Numbered from the stretch's first letter, positions 27,727-37,305 are shown. The stretch: 64,000 bases of DNA from IMGVR_UViG_3300032770_000001:372001-436000; one strand, 5' to 3'. Translations and numbers: made by a program. Notes: a model not told the origin generated them from the sequence alone.

Positions 27727-28485
27727 ATGAGTGAGAATACACCGTACTTCGACAGCATCACATCCGCCCGTGCAATGCTCCTCGATGAGGATGAAGCCCT
27801 TCATGGCGCAACCCTGCTTTCGATGGAGTCCGATCCGGAGTTTGCCCGTGAGCAGAAAACCCTTGCCTACATCCAAGACAACTTCCCATCGTTCCTGAAG
27901 TACCTGCGGGAACTGAAAAAGGAAGATCAGGAATTGCTCCTGAGCTACTACATTCTCGCCAAGACCCAGAACACGCTCGCGGTGATCCACCGCAGCACTC
28001 AAACAGTGTGCAGCTTCCGCATCCGCATGGCCCGCAAGGTGCTGGGAGCCATGATGCTCTGGAACGGCGTGCCGGACGAAACCATCATGAGTCCGATCCT
28101 TGCCAAAGCAGGACTGGAAGACGGTTTGGCTCAGGAGGATGGCACTCCGGTCGCCCTGTCCACCGTGATCGCCATGTACGCCAAGACCCGCAGCTTCCAG
28201 AAGATCGCCGAGGTCTTCAAGCTCCACCGCCCGGACATCCGCCGCGCCATGAGCCGTTCATCCAAGACCTTGATGGAGACCAAGGACCCGGAGCAGCACG
28301 CACTGGGAGCCTACATCCACAGCTTGATCGACAAGGCAAATCCCAGCGGCACCGGATTTTCCAAAAGAAAAGTCTCGAAACTCGGTAATATATATCGTAC
28401 AGACCCGGATATTCTGGGTGAGTTCCGCATCAAAGTGGATGACCCTGAGTTCGAACACATGTTTGTTTCGAGAGCTAACCGATGA
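27727..28485 (+). CDS. Double-HTH, sigma region-4-like regulator
   Basis: LKKEDQELLLSYYILAKTQNTLAVIH.STQTVCSFRIRMARKVL and RSFQKIAEVFKLHRPDIRRAM. Confidence 0.55.
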   Translation: MSENTPYFDSITSARAMLLDEDEALHGATLLSMESDPEFAREQKTLAYIQDNFPSFLKYLRELKKEDQELLLSYYILAKTQNTLAVIHRSTQTVCSFRIRMARKVLGAMMLWNGVPDETIMSPILAKAGLEDGLAQEDGTPVALSTVIAMYAKTRSFQKIAEVFKLHRPDIRRAMSRSSKTLMETKDPEQHALGAYIHSLIDKANPSGTGFSKRKVSKLGNIYRTDPDILGEFRIKVDDPEFEHMFVSRANR

Positions 28486-28754
28486 ACGATCAAGAGCTTC
28501 AGCAACATAGATTAGAGCAAGAACGCGAGGATTCGCGCAGACGGTATCGACTCGTATGCATCAAACAACTGTTGGAAAGCGAGGGCGGTCGCGACAAGTT
28601 CGCAACCTCGTTGGCGGAAGTTCTTCGTCGGAAGCCGGAGGCAACTCGCTTCGCAATAACCGAGACTAGGATTGAGGAAACGGTCGAGGCTCTCGGTAGG
28701 GAGTATGAGCAGCGTTTGCGGGATGTTTTTGAAGTTGCAAAAACGAGAATTTAG
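28482..28754 (+). CDS. Small protein resembling the MCP N-terminus
   Basis: QLLESEGGRDKFATSLAEVLRRK vs MCP QLLKTAGGRQKLAASLGPSLRRR. Confidence 0.65.
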   Translation: MNDQELQQHRLEQEREDSRRRYRLVCIKQLLESEGGRDKFATSLAEVLRRKPEATRFAITETRIEETVEALGREYEQRLRDVFEVAKTRI

Positions 28755-28762
28755 GAGAGAGT

Positions 28763-28945
28763 ATGACACTCGATATGGTCAAAGCAGTGATTGAACGCGC
28801 CAGCGTGGGGCGCACACCCCAAACGATCAAGTCTTCAGTCGGCTTGTCGTTCCCGGAAGTGAACTACATCATCGAACAGTTCCGCCGTGGTCAAAACGCG
28901 AAGCAGATCACTGAGACGATGAACAAAAAAGGCTTCAAGCTGTAA
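28763..28945 (+). CDS. Small HTH-like protein
   Basis: AGGAG RBS; GRTPQTIKSSVGLSFPEVNYII. Confidence 0.55.
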   Translation: MTLDMVKAVIERASVGRTPQTIKSSVGLSFPEVNYIIEQFRRGQNAKQITETMNKKGFKL

Positions 28946-29017
28946 GGAAATCCTCAGTATTGAATAGTGTGTCCCTAACGGGCATGTACCAATTTTCAAG
29001 ATACTGAGGATAGTTCC

Positions 29018-29515
29018 ATGCGTACTTTTTCTGTTGAACCGCAGTTCAACGACACCGTTGACATGCTTGCCCTAGCCATTGGCTATCTTTCCGAACCAAC
29101 CCCCAACAACTCCATCGGACAAGCGGCGACCGACGCCGAGGCCGAAGCTCTAATCAAAGAGGCTGAGAAAGGCGGTCAGGTCGCTCAATACGTCATCTTC
29201 AACCCGCAAGATTATCACCTATTTCGCTACCGCAATCCGCGTCTCATCCATCACTTCGATTACGAGACACAGCAGCGCCTCGTCCGCCGTGGCATCGTTG
29301 GCTACCTGTGGGGAACCACGGTCGTGCTCGACAAGAATGTCACACGCGGCTATATCGTAGTCAGTGCGGACAGCCGCGAGAATGCGTTGAAGAGCGACAA
29401 ATCCCTTATTGTCGAGATCAGCAAGTTGGAAATTCCGAATCTTTCGATCACTGTGTCGAAAGCGAGTACGGACTGGTCGAACGGGCCATGCCCGGTATCG
29501 CAAGATCAAGACTAG
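29018..29515 (+). CDS. Truncated MCP paralog (A-domain-like part only)
   Basis: VIFNPQDY...DYETQQRLVRRGIVGYLWGTT...V.RGYIVVSAD vs MCP VFFNPRDY...DRETQRKLLKTGVMGYLWGAT...V.YGSIYILAD. Confidence 0.8.
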   Translation: MRTFSVEPQFNDTVDMLALAIGYLSEPTPNNSIGQAATDAEAEALIKEAEKGGQVAQYVIFNPQDYHLFRYRNPRLIHHFDYETQQRLVRRGIVGYLWGTTVVLDKNVTRGYIVVSADSRENALKSDKSLIVEISKLEIPNLSITVSKASTDWSNGPCPVSQDQD

Positions 29516-30519
29516 GACTTTGGGAGACCCAACACGCTCATGATCCGGGCGACTTCGGCTGGATCATTCTTGATGGGTGCTGTCGCAAAGGGATCGGTCG
29601 GATTAAAGCAGGAGCGAACCATCTCGCTCCATGTCCGGTCGGATTCCCATCGACAGTTTTCCTCACTCCAATGGATGGATGAGAGTCTGGTTTTGAACAC
29701 TGTGCGCTTGCCGAACTTGATGAGCACGTATGGCGTGCCGAAATCGGTGATTATCTGCCAGACCACGCCTGTACCCTTGCCGACGACCGTGATCTGCGTC
29801 CCCGGCTGGATTCCCCTGCCGTAACCACGCAACGTTTCATGTCGCCACGCTTCATCTTGAAAGTACCGCAGTCCATCATCCTTCCAGCCGTAATCCTTCA
29901 CCCAGAGGGGCACACGCAGGCTGCTCTCGCCGTTGTCGAAACGAGACTCGGTAAGAAACATATCGACGTTGAAAGCTGACAGGTTCTTCAACCATTCTTC
30001 GGCGACACGCACCTTCGGCGGCAGTACGTCCATCGGGATCACGAAATTCTTTGGATACCCGTACTGCGCCCTGTAGCCGACCTCGCATTCAATGATCGAG
30101 CCCCACAGTGCGACCTGTCCGTGGATGCCCTTCTCCGCGTATTTGATCCGCACCAGATGGGCGAAGTCCTTGGCGGCATAGATACCGCAGCGGCAGTCAT
30201 CGACTGGAGATTCGTGTTTCACGACGTTCAAGAAAAACCATCGGGCTTCCGCCTCGGTCATTGGTTCCCTCGCACCGAGGTCGATGAACTGACCATCGGC
30301 GGTGAGCGAGGGACTGGCTCCGCGAACGCGAGTGTTCACCCAACTGGTAAAGTTGTGAACCTTCGGCTTCATGTAATGCTTGGTGATGGCTTTGTTGCAG
30401 GTCGCAACCATTGCCTGTCCGGGAACCCACGGCTCATGGTTGAGCGACGTGAGCCCCCTAGCGTCCCAATCCCACGTGCGGTACGCGATGAGAGGATCGA
30501 TGTAATCAGGGATTATCAT
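29512..30519 (-). CDS. Conserved hypothetical protein (CxCGIYA / GxVxLWG / GYRAQ family)
   Basis: IPDYIDPLIAYRTW...HESP..CRCGIYAAK...GQVALWG...GYRAQYGYP. Confidence 0.65.
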   Translation of the reverse strand: MIIPDYIDPLIAYRTWDWDARGLTSLNHEPWVPGQAMVATCNKAITKHYMKPKVHNFTSWVNTRVRGASPSLTADGQFIDLGAREPMTEAEARWFFLNVVKHESPVDDCRCGIYAAKDFAHLVRIKYAEKGIHGQVALWGSIIECEVGYRAQYGYPKNFVIPMDVLPPKVRVAEEWLKNLSAFNVDMFLTESRFDNGESSLRVPLWVKDYGWKDDGLRYFQDEAWRHETLRGYGRGIQPGTQITVVGKGTGVVWQIITDFGTPYVLIKFGKRTVFKTRLSSIHWSEENCRWESDRTWSEMVRSCFNPTDPFATAPIKNDPAEVARIMSVLGLPKS

Positions 30520-30701
30520 TCTTGTCCGAGGAATGGGTGAAACTCTTCCCACGGCCCGTCGCCGAAGTTGTAGACCGAGACCACGCCGTCATCCCAATGG
30601 ATTTCGAACTTGATCCAACTGAGCACCTTGACGGTGCCCTTGACGCCGGAGTCGTTCAGAATGACGCGGCGTCCTGTCACAATTTCCTGTGCGAATGTCA
30701 T
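30516..30701 (-). CDS. Small SH3-like hypothetical protein
   Basis: GRRV...GTV...IHWDDG; coupled on both sides. Confidence 0.55.
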   Translation of the reverse strand: MTFAQEIVTGRRVILNDSGVKGTVKVLSWIKFEIHWDDGVVSVYNFGDGPWEEFHPFLGQE

Positions 30702-30844
30702 TAGGGCACCAGTACAGGTTCCCGTTCGGGAACATTCGGCTCAGGTTCAGGGGTGACAGGGGGTAAATGTTCCCGGTCGGGAACATGCGCCGGGGCTTCC
30801 AGCGGCTCGATCACGAAGCGGCGAACTGGCTCTCCGATGTTCAT
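30701..30844 (-). CDS. 47-aa Pro/Glu-rich peptide, leaderless (not in ORF track)
   Basis: MNIGEPVRRFVIEPLEAPAHVPDREHLPPVTPEPEPNVPEREPVLVP; TGATATAAT-N6-ATG upstream. Confidence 0.65.
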   Translation of the reverse strand: MNIGEPVRRFVIEPLEAPAHVPDREHLPPVTPEPEPNVPEREPVLVP

Positions 30845-31020
30845 GCCCCGATTATATCAGTCTCCTCGCGTTCCGACAATGAATGTCAGATCGCCGTCCC
30901 GGTGCCTGTTGATGTGGCCGAAACGCCGCTGGCATTTCACCCGGCGTGGCGATGTATCCAGATAGGCGGGGCAGCGTTTGCCGAGTAATCCGAGCACCCA
31001 ACCCCAGAACGTCCAGTCTC

Positions 31021-31248
31021 TCATGCGTATTCCTTCTGAACTCGTTCTTCGATGTGCTTGTACTGATGCCGCATCTGCATGATCGCCGATTGCGGCAGGT
31101 ATTCTTTCCCGCACTCCTCGCACTTCACCGCAGAGGCGATACCGAGACAGAACTTGGACTCAATCGCGACAAAGCCACGTGCCTTCCAGACATCTTTCCA
31201 CCCGGCGATGCGATAGCGATTCGGGTCTTTGGCTCTCATTCTGCCCAC
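31021..31248 (-). CDS. Small zinc-finger protein
   Basis: CEECG...H...H. Confidence 0.5.
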   Translation of the reverse strand: MGRMRAKDPNRYRIAGWKDVWKARGFVAIESKFCLGIASAVKCEECGKEYLPQSAIMQMRHQYKHIEERVQKEYA

Positions 31249-31751
31249 CCCAACTCAGCCAGAATCGCCTTACCCTTCTTGGTGCTCGGATTGACGATGC
31301 ACTTGGTCAGGCCATCGACGATTTTCCACGTCTCAGTCGGGGTCAACATGATCGCCTTGAACTCGCGACCCTCGCGATGCGCACGCACCGCCCGGTGGTT
31401 GCCGTCGATCAGGATCGCGGACATCTTCGGACCGCCATCCGGCTTCGCCCATAACACGGTCGCCAGAATGCCGGGGCGCTCCGGGTCTTGCAGGTGCGCC
31501 AGATGCGGCTCGTTGATATAGACCATGCTCATGTGGTGCGACTTCTTGCCGCAGGAGCACTGCGAGATCACGACGCCGCAGTTCAGGCACTTCTCCTCTT
31601 CCAGAGGCAGCCCGATACCCTCCAAGAAAGCCTTCGGCACCGTGCGCAACGGGCGCTCCGGCGTCACCAGCTTGTTGGCGGCGGCGACATCAAACTCCAA
31701 TGCCAGCATCCGAAACCGTTCGTTCTCGTAATTTCCGCAGTTATCGCACAT
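31236..31751 (-). CDS. ParB/Srx-like domain protein
   Basis: RPGILA...ILIDGNHRAVRA. Confidence 0.6.
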   Translation of the reverse strand: MCDNCGNYENERFRMLALEFDVAAANKLVTPERPLRTVPKAFLEGIGLPLEEEKCLNCGVVISQCSCGKKSHHMSMVYINEPHLAHLQDPERPGILATVLWAKPDGGPKMSAILIDGNHRAVRAHREGREFKAIMLTPTETWKIVDGLTKCIVNPSTKKGKAILAELGWAE

Positions 31752-31763
31752 AAGTCGTCTCCG

Positions 31764-33242
31764 TTAGAACCGTGGCGGCATGTACTCGTTACGACGCTGC
31801 CGCATTTCGCAAATCAAGGCATCCGCCAGAATCCATTCCTCGCGTTCCTTCTGCTCAGCCGCACGCTGCGCCTTACGCGCCTTGGCAGCGGCTTTCTTTT
31901 CTTCCTTGGTCTGGTAAGCCTTGGCGCGGCTGATGGTGGTCTGCTTCACGGCTTCCCTCTGCTCACCCGTGCGCTGATCGGTTCCGGCGTATTCCTCATG
32001 CTTCTTCACAGTCGCCGTCAGGCTAACCACGTCGCCGACGTTGATGTCCTGCTCAGTCGCCGGGTTGTAGTACACGTTCGAGGAGAACCACACGATCACG
32101 TTGCCAGCCGCATCCTTGAACTTGTACAGGTGCGATACGCCCCAATCGCTCTCAAGATCGCGGGTGAACACCAGCGTCAGGTTCAGGAAGTCGCTACGCT
32201 TACCAACTTCGCCGACGTACTGACTGTTCTTGTCCGACTCGAACTGCTTGCGGCGGTTGATCTCGCGTTCCATCTCACGCATGTAAGTCGGGATCGCGGA
32301 GCAAGCGATGCCGAAATTCTTGCTGGTGAACGTCGCACCCTTGCCGAGAACCGACAGGTTGTACATGTAGTCGTTCAGGTTCTCGCGTTCCGACAGGGAC
32401 GCCAGCCACTCGGCAACTTCGTGCGCCGTCGCCTTGTCCTCATCGGTCGGCTTCAACGGCTTTTCCCACTGCTTGCGCTCGTGCGCCCGTGCGAAAACCC
32501 AATTGGAAACTTCGTTGGAAGTCGAGAGCGTACCGTACTCACGGGCCGTCTTGTTCGAGCGCCAACCATTCAGGCGAATCTGGCACGCGGCGAGGGCAAG
32601 AATCTCTTCCGCCATGAACCGCTCGACGTAGCGTCCACCCGCCCCACCGAAGAAGTCGTCATCTTCGGAGCCCATGCACAAATCTTCGGCGGACATCAGG
32701 TACTCGGCGTAACGGCAGAAAACCTCAGGCGATGTGTGACCCAAAAAATCGCGGAGGCAGTTGCGACCGACCTGCTTGTAGGTATCGTCCTCGTGACGCA
32801 GGACGAAGGTCTCGTTGCGGCGGCGGATCGTATTGCAATGATCGCAGTGATTTTCAGCGGAGCGATAGGCAACCGGAACTTCGTGCGAGGCTCCGGGGAC
32901 GTTGCGCAGCATGTTGCCGAGGCTCTTGCCTTCCTCGTCGGTGACAGGCTGGATGACGGCGATGAATTCCCAACCGTTCAGCTTGGGGGCTTCGCCGGAG
33001 ACGGTGATGTCGAACACCTTGCGGAAGCAGCGAATCTTGTTGGTCGGGAACCCGGTGTATTCATCGTTCTCGTAAACCGGGACTTCCTTGGAGCCGAGGA
33101 CGTTGATGATGATCGTGCCGCAATTCAGCTTCGCAGCACGCTTGTTCAGCTTGGCGATCTGCTCTTCCAGCTTGGGAAGGTTGAATTCAGGAACTTCGAA
33201 GATTTTCGGCTCGGCGGCGACGTTGTTCATAACCTGTTCCAT
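31764..33242 (-). CDS. Early protein with Zn ribbon and C-terminal OB-fold
   Basis: CDHCNTIRRR..QVGRNC; YVGEVGKR...FKDAAGNVIVWFSS...LTATVKKH...KQTTISR. Confidence 0.7.
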   Translation of the reverse strand: MEQVMNNVAAEPKIFEVPEFNLPKLEEQIAKLNKRAAKLNCGTIIINVLGSKEVPVYENDEYTGFPTNKIRCFRKVFDITVSGEAPKLNGWEFIAVIQPVTDEEGKSLGNMLRNVPGASHEVPVAYRSAENHCDHCNTIRRRNETFVLRHEDDTYKQVGRNCLRDFLGHTSPEVFCRYAEYLMSAEDLCMGSEDDDFFGGAGGRYVERFMAEEILALAACQIRLNGWRSNKTAREYGTLSTSNEVSNWVFARAHERKQWEKPLKPTDEDKATAHEVAEWLASLSERENLNDYMYNLSVLGKGATFTSKNFGIACSAIPTYMREMEREINRRKQFESDKNSQYVGEVGKRSDFLNLTLVFTRDLESDWGVSHLYKFKDAAGNVIVWFSSNVYYNPATEQDINVGDVVSLTATVKKHEEYAGTDQRTGEQREAVKQTTISRAKAYQTKEEKKAAAKARKAQRAAEQKEREEWILADALICEMRQRRNEYMPPRF

Positions 33243-33285
33243 GCCTATATTCTACCAGTGGAAGGCGCGAAAAAGGTAGTATTTT
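33243..33285 (-). promoter_or_regulatory. Early-type leaderless promoter
   Basis: AAAATACTACC-N17-TGGTAGAATATAGGC-ATG. Confidence 0.75.
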
Positions 33286-33300
33286 ATGGCTATATTTGCC

Positions 33301-33732
33301 CTATTTTGAGGCACTTACGGATAGTTTTAGCTGATGACCCACGTGCCAGCCCTCACAAAACGGGCAGTGGTAGACATCGTAGGGGACGCCCTCCCGATCC
33401 TGCACGGCGCGTCGGTGCGACTCGGCGAACGACTGGAACTTATGCCGCTGCTTGCCCCGGCACATGCGTGACCACTGGTCGTAGTTCTCGGCAGTGATGA
33501 ACCGGGGACGCTTCACCCGCGTACAGGCTCCGGCGTGCGGCAGGCGCTCCAGCTTGGCGTTGTAGTAGTACGGGCCGAAGTTGTTTGTAGGACGGCTCCC
33601 GGTGGTGTCTTTGCCAACCCTGCGCAGGACGCCGCAGACACAACGGGAAACGTAGATGAGACCGCCGTGGTTGTTGTCCCATACGCCGGGGTTCTCTTTC
33701 ATGCCGCCATGGGGCTTGAATTCGTGGTTCAT
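33301..33732 (-). CDS. Hypothetical protein with C-terminal YxCPFCxGWH finger
   Basis: Likely start MNHEF; CRGK...YHCPFCEGWHVGH. Confidence 0.55.
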   Translation of the reverse strand: MNHEFKPHGGMKENPGVWDNNHGGLIYVSRCVCGVLRRVGKDTTGSRPTNNFGPYYYNAKLERLPHAGACTRVKRPRFITAENYDQWSRMCRGKQRHKFQSFAESHRRAVQDREGVPYDVYHCPFCEGWHVGHQLKLSVSASK

Positions 33733-33733
33733 G

Positions 33734-33982
33734 TCAGTTTCCCATTTGAATGCCGGACATACTGATGCCTGCATCCTGCGGTTGTTCGGCACGTTTGCGC
33801 CGGGGCGTATCGAGACTTTCACTAGCTGTGAGTTCTTCCAGACTTGCGGCTGCCCGGAGATCAACGCCCAAAGTTCTAAACTGCCCGTATCCCCGACGAT
33901 TCGGAGCATACCAGCGCGTTCGTCTCTTTGTCCAGCCGATCTCTTTCAGCTTGTTCACGATCTGCAATCGAGTGTATCTCAT
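33734..33982 (-). CDS. Hypothetical protein
   Basis: ATGA-coupled ORF with AGGAG RBS. Confidence 0.45.
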   Translation of the reverse strand: MRYTRLQIVNKLKEIGWTKRRTRWYAPNRRGYGQFRTLGVDLRAAASLEELTASESLDTPRRKRAEQPQDAGISMSGIQMGN

Positions 33983-34374
33983 GATTGCTCCTCTTCCCAC
34001 TCGTTTAGACGAGCCATCATATCACGGGGATTATCGGAAAGGCGACCCCACCTTGTGGCTATTCGCGAGGAGCCGACATCGTGGAAATGGTTGTGCATCT
34101 TCTCCACCAGTTCGGACAAGCGGAGCACCAGCGCCATGTCCTTCGCCTTGTTGGAATTCAGGATGTGCCAGTCGGCGATGATCTCGTCTGCCTTGTCGCG
34201 TAGATGCTCAGGGAACTCGTAGTCCGATGTGATCGCTCGGATGTCCTCGATCATTTCCTTCTCGATCTCAGCGACAGCCCGGAGGAATGCGTCGTCAGTG
34301 TAGAACGTGATGCGGGGGTGCTGCTTGGAAGCTTCCCCCACACGTCGCGACAGGTTGTCGAAATAGCTGCTCAT
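33979..34374 (-). CDS. Hypothetical protein
   Basis: ATGA-coupled ORF. Confidence 0.5.
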   Translation of the reverse strand: MSSYFDNLSRRVGEASKQHPRITFYTDDAFLRAVAEIEKEMIEDIRAITSDYEFPEHLRDKADEIIADWHILNSNKAKDMALVLRLSELVEKMHNHFHDVGSSRIATRWGRLSDNPRDMMARLNEWEEEQS

Positions 34375-34850
34375 AATTCCACTTTGGCAACCGGGTACGT
34401 GACTTCCCACGCCTCGTACACGCAACGGTCGGTCGAGTCCCAACTATCGTACACGCTGCCGTTGACAACAGCAACTACGTGATGTGCCTGATGCAGGATG
34501 AACCGCCCTTTGCTGTACAGCTTCACGAACTTCTTGGCGGTCATGCGCTTCTCGCCGCGCTTCGCCGGGAAGGGGATGCGCTGCTTGACGCCGAGTTCGT
34601 AGCGATCCAGATAGAGACAGATGTTGAACCCGTTTGTGCGGTACTTGCCCTGCAAAGCGTACAGCTTGTCCCACGCTTCGCCGTAGGTTGTCCCGGCTGC
34701 GACCGTCAAGGCTCGAACCTGACAATCCCCGTTGTCGTCCTCATCGCGGACGTGTTTGCCGGGGTCATACTTCACGAGAATTGGATTGATGCGCTCTAGG
34801 CTCACTGACCCTCCAGAATCTTTGCGCTTGCGTTGTAATAGGCTGAACAA
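34371..34850 (-). CDS. Hypothetical protein with papain-like Cys/His pattern
   Basis: GDCQVRAL...HVVAVVNG..YDSWDS. Confidence 0.55.
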   Translation of the reverse strand: MFSLLQRKRKDSGGSVSLERINPILVKYDPGKHVRDEDDNGDCQVRALTVAAGTTYGEAWDKLYALQGKYRTNGFNICLYLDRYELGVKQRIPFPAKRGEKRMTAKKFVKLYSKGRFILHQAHHVVAVVNGSVYDSWDSTDRCVYEAWEVTYPVAKVEL

Positions 34851-35188
34851 ATCAGATACAACCGGGCGACAGCTTCCGCTCTGCCCGATTCGTTTTCAAT
34901 CGACATCAGGCGTTCGGTCTGGAACTCGAACCAGCCCATCGAGCCGACTTGAAATCCACCATTCTCCAGTTTAGGCAATGCCATGACGTTTGTCCCTCGC
35001 CTTTTCCCATTTCCGCATCTGCTGGCTGCTCAGCGTTGCCGACGCCAGTGCTTGATCTTCCGGGTGCGCCTCGACCACATGTTTCAGGTGGTCTCCCATC
35101 CTCGGCGACCGGGTGCCGCACTCGCAAACGTAACCGCCGTTCACGATGTCATACGCCGGGTGTGTCGATGCCCACAGTGCGCTTCTGC

Positions 35189-35395
35189 TCATTCTGGGAC
35201 CGCCTTGATCTTCGGCTGCCGGACGTTGGGCAGCTTCACTTCGTGCCCGTTCTGGCATTTGTGCACCGACCCCGGCGTCATTTCGTTCACGCTCCAGTAG
35301 AGCGATCCAGTAGTCGTCTCCGGGACGCACTCGCCGCACGTCGGGCAGATGACATCCACGGTCGTGATCTGGTAGGACGCGGTCTTAGCTGACAT
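35189..35395 (-). CDS. Small Zn-ribbon protein
   Basis: ICPTCGE...KCQNG. Confidence 0.5.
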   Translation of the reverse strand: MSAKTASYQITTVDVICPTCGECVPETTTGSLYWSVNEMTPGSVHKCQNGHEVKLPNVRQPKIKAVPE

Positions 35396-35645
35396 AGGCG
35401 TTGACCTCGTAGTTACCAGAGTTGTCCATCTTGTGCCACGTGAAGAGAATCCAAGTGCGCTCACCAACCTGCTCGTGGACGCGGCCATCGCGACCGCAGT
35501 AGATGCCTTCCTCCAGCGACTTGAAGCCGTTGGAGGTCAGGATGGCGTCGATGTCAGCGAGGGGGAGGGTTTCCGAGTAAATGGGGAGGGCGTGCAGGGC
35601 GTCATTGACCGCGTTGCGTGCGCTGCGCTCTTGAGAAGCCGTCAT
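35385..35645 (-). CDS. Hypothetical early protein, leaderless
   Basis: Starts at promoter motif; C-terminal W.KM.SG.YEV.AYVS. Confidence 0.7.
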   Translation of the reverse strand: MTASQERSARNAVNDALHALPIYSETLPLADIDAILTSNGFKSLEEGIYCGRDGRVHEQVGERTWILFTWHKMDNSGNYEVNAYVS

Positions 35646-35687
35646 GCCTATATTCTACCAGCCAGACGCGACTTTTGGTTAGGATTT
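35646..35687 (-). promoter_or_regulatory. Early-type leaderless promoter
   Basis: AAATCCTAAC-N17-TGGTAGAATATAGGC-ATG. Confidence 0.75.
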
Positions 35688-35707
35688 ACGCCTTTAATTA
35701 CAACAGT

Positions 35708-35941
35708 TTACGTGGCGTCCGAGTACAGATAGCGCGTGACGTAACGCTCCGCTTCTGACTTGAGAAGCAAGTTGCCGTTCTCCAGACTCCACAGAAGATT
35801 GAAAACTTCTTCCGGCGTACCGCCAACCTCAAATTGAACGGCAACGAATGCGTCGAAATATCTATCGAGATCGCTGGCACCGCCGTGTACGAAATCGGCA
35901 CCCTCGTCTTGCAGCTTGAGTTGCTGTAGCGTTGATGGCAT
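35708..35941 (-). CDS. Hypothetical protein
   Basis: AAGGGGG RBS. Confidence 0.55.
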   Translation of the reverse strand: MPSTLQQLKLQDEGADFVHGGASDLDRYFDAFVAVQFEVGGTPEEVFNLLWSLENGNLLLKSEAERYVTRYLYSDAT

Positions 35942-36141
35942 ACTGTCCCCCCTTTACCAGAGTTCAAGAACGTAGAACGGTTCGTTTCCGATCTTCCGAA
36001 TTTCCACCACCCGAACTTTGTCCCACTTGCCCCGGCTCAATACGAACGGGCGAATCTCAATGATGTCGCCAGCCTTGACGACCCGTTTGTATAGGACGTT
36101 GTAGTATCCTGCCGGACCAGTTCCGAGTTTGGCATGAATCA

Positions 36142-36456
36142 TCATTGCTTTTTCGAGCAGGACTTGAGTTCGTAAAGAACGCCATGATCTACGCCGCCCG
36201 GTCGCGTGATTTTGTACAGGCAACCATCGGCACCGTAGGTGTCCAGTTCCTTCCCATCTGCACTGACCGGGCATTTGCCGGACGTAACGATGAAAGTGTT
36301 GTCAGCCGACACCGTGTACTGGCAGGCGTCCACCGTAATCCCGTGATCGACGTATTCGACGGTGCGCACAGGTTGCGTCTGAGCATCGAATTTGGTGCTC
36401 GGCATTGTACAGGCCGTCAACAGCAAAGGCAGCAGAATTGTAATGGACGATTTCAT
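36142..36456 (-). CDS. Predicted lipoprotein
   Basis: MKSSITILLPLLLTAC signal peptide with lipobox L-T-A-C. Confidence 0.65.
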   Translation of the reverse strand: MKSSITILLPLLLTACTMPSTKFDAQTQPVRTVEYVDHGITVDACQYTVSADNTFIVTSGKCPVSADGKELDTYGADGCLYKITRPGGVDHGVLYELKSCSKKQ

Positions 36457-36870
36457 TAGCTCCCCCATCCGCTATCGTCGCGGGTCGTCAGCGATTTCAA
36501 CATCTTCGCGGCTTCACAACTATCCACTTTCTCGGACGCCACGAGCAGGATCGCATTGCGTTCATGCTCCGACCGGGTGAAGATCGTGTTCAGAAGTCGT
36601 GCCAGTTCATCAGCTTTGTCTACGATGTTGCTCATGGCTTTCCCCCCATCCCGAAGAGATACTCAAACGCCGCGATCACGGCTGGCTCATTGCCCATCGT
36701 TCGACGAAGATCAGTCATCAGACGGTATCGCTTGGCGAAGTCCATCAATTGTGACATCGAACCCAATCCGGCTTCGTAATGTGCACGAGCCCATGCCTGC
36801 GGGTCTTCGAGAATGTTGATGTGGTCGATCTTGCACGTCAACGGTCGGCAATGTGGACAAGTCCAGTTCA

Positions 36871-37293
36871 TCAGTCTACTGTCTCCTCGTCGCTGGTATC
36901 CTGCCACTCAGCGATACGATCCTCTTCGACGTACCAACCCACAACCTGCCGGACGACTGTGACGGCACCGAAAGCTGTCTTGCCAGAGTCTATCACCTTC
37001 CGACCGTAAGCCAAAGCCTTCTCTTTCGCTCCCTCACCCCGGAAAACCCTCATCAGGTGATCCAGATCGGCGTCGATGTCGATGTCCAGTTCGTACCGCT
37101 TGAGCCGACACGCTTCGATCTCGCACTTGTCGAAATCCCCGGCGTGCCCTAGCTGCGCGTGCTTGCGCTTGGCGTTCATTTCGACCATGCGGATACGCCG
37201 CTGTGCCGAAACTTTCACCTGCTCCCACGAGCACTTCCACCGCTCGGCACCGAACTCCTCGTGCGTCCTGTCTGGATAGAGCCAAACCTGCAT
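36871..37293 (-). CDS. Hypothetical protein
   Basis: GGAGG RBS. Confidence 0.6.
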   Translation of the reverse strand: MQVWLYPDRTHEEFGAERWKCSWEQVKVSAQRRIRMVEMNAKRKHAQLGHAGDFDKCEIEACRLKRYELDIDIDADLDHLMRVFRGEGAKEKALAYGRKVIDSGKTAFGAVTVVRQVVGWYVEEDRIAEWQDTSDEETVD

Positions 37294-37305
37294 ACCAGCC
37301 TCCGG

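Noticed and set aside
31488-33497. 669-aa plus-strand ORF and other long antisense ORFs (18847..19845, 61881..63113, 26341..27486)
   Set aside because: Shadows of strongly codon-biased genes on the opposite strand; no RBS or recognisable motifs.
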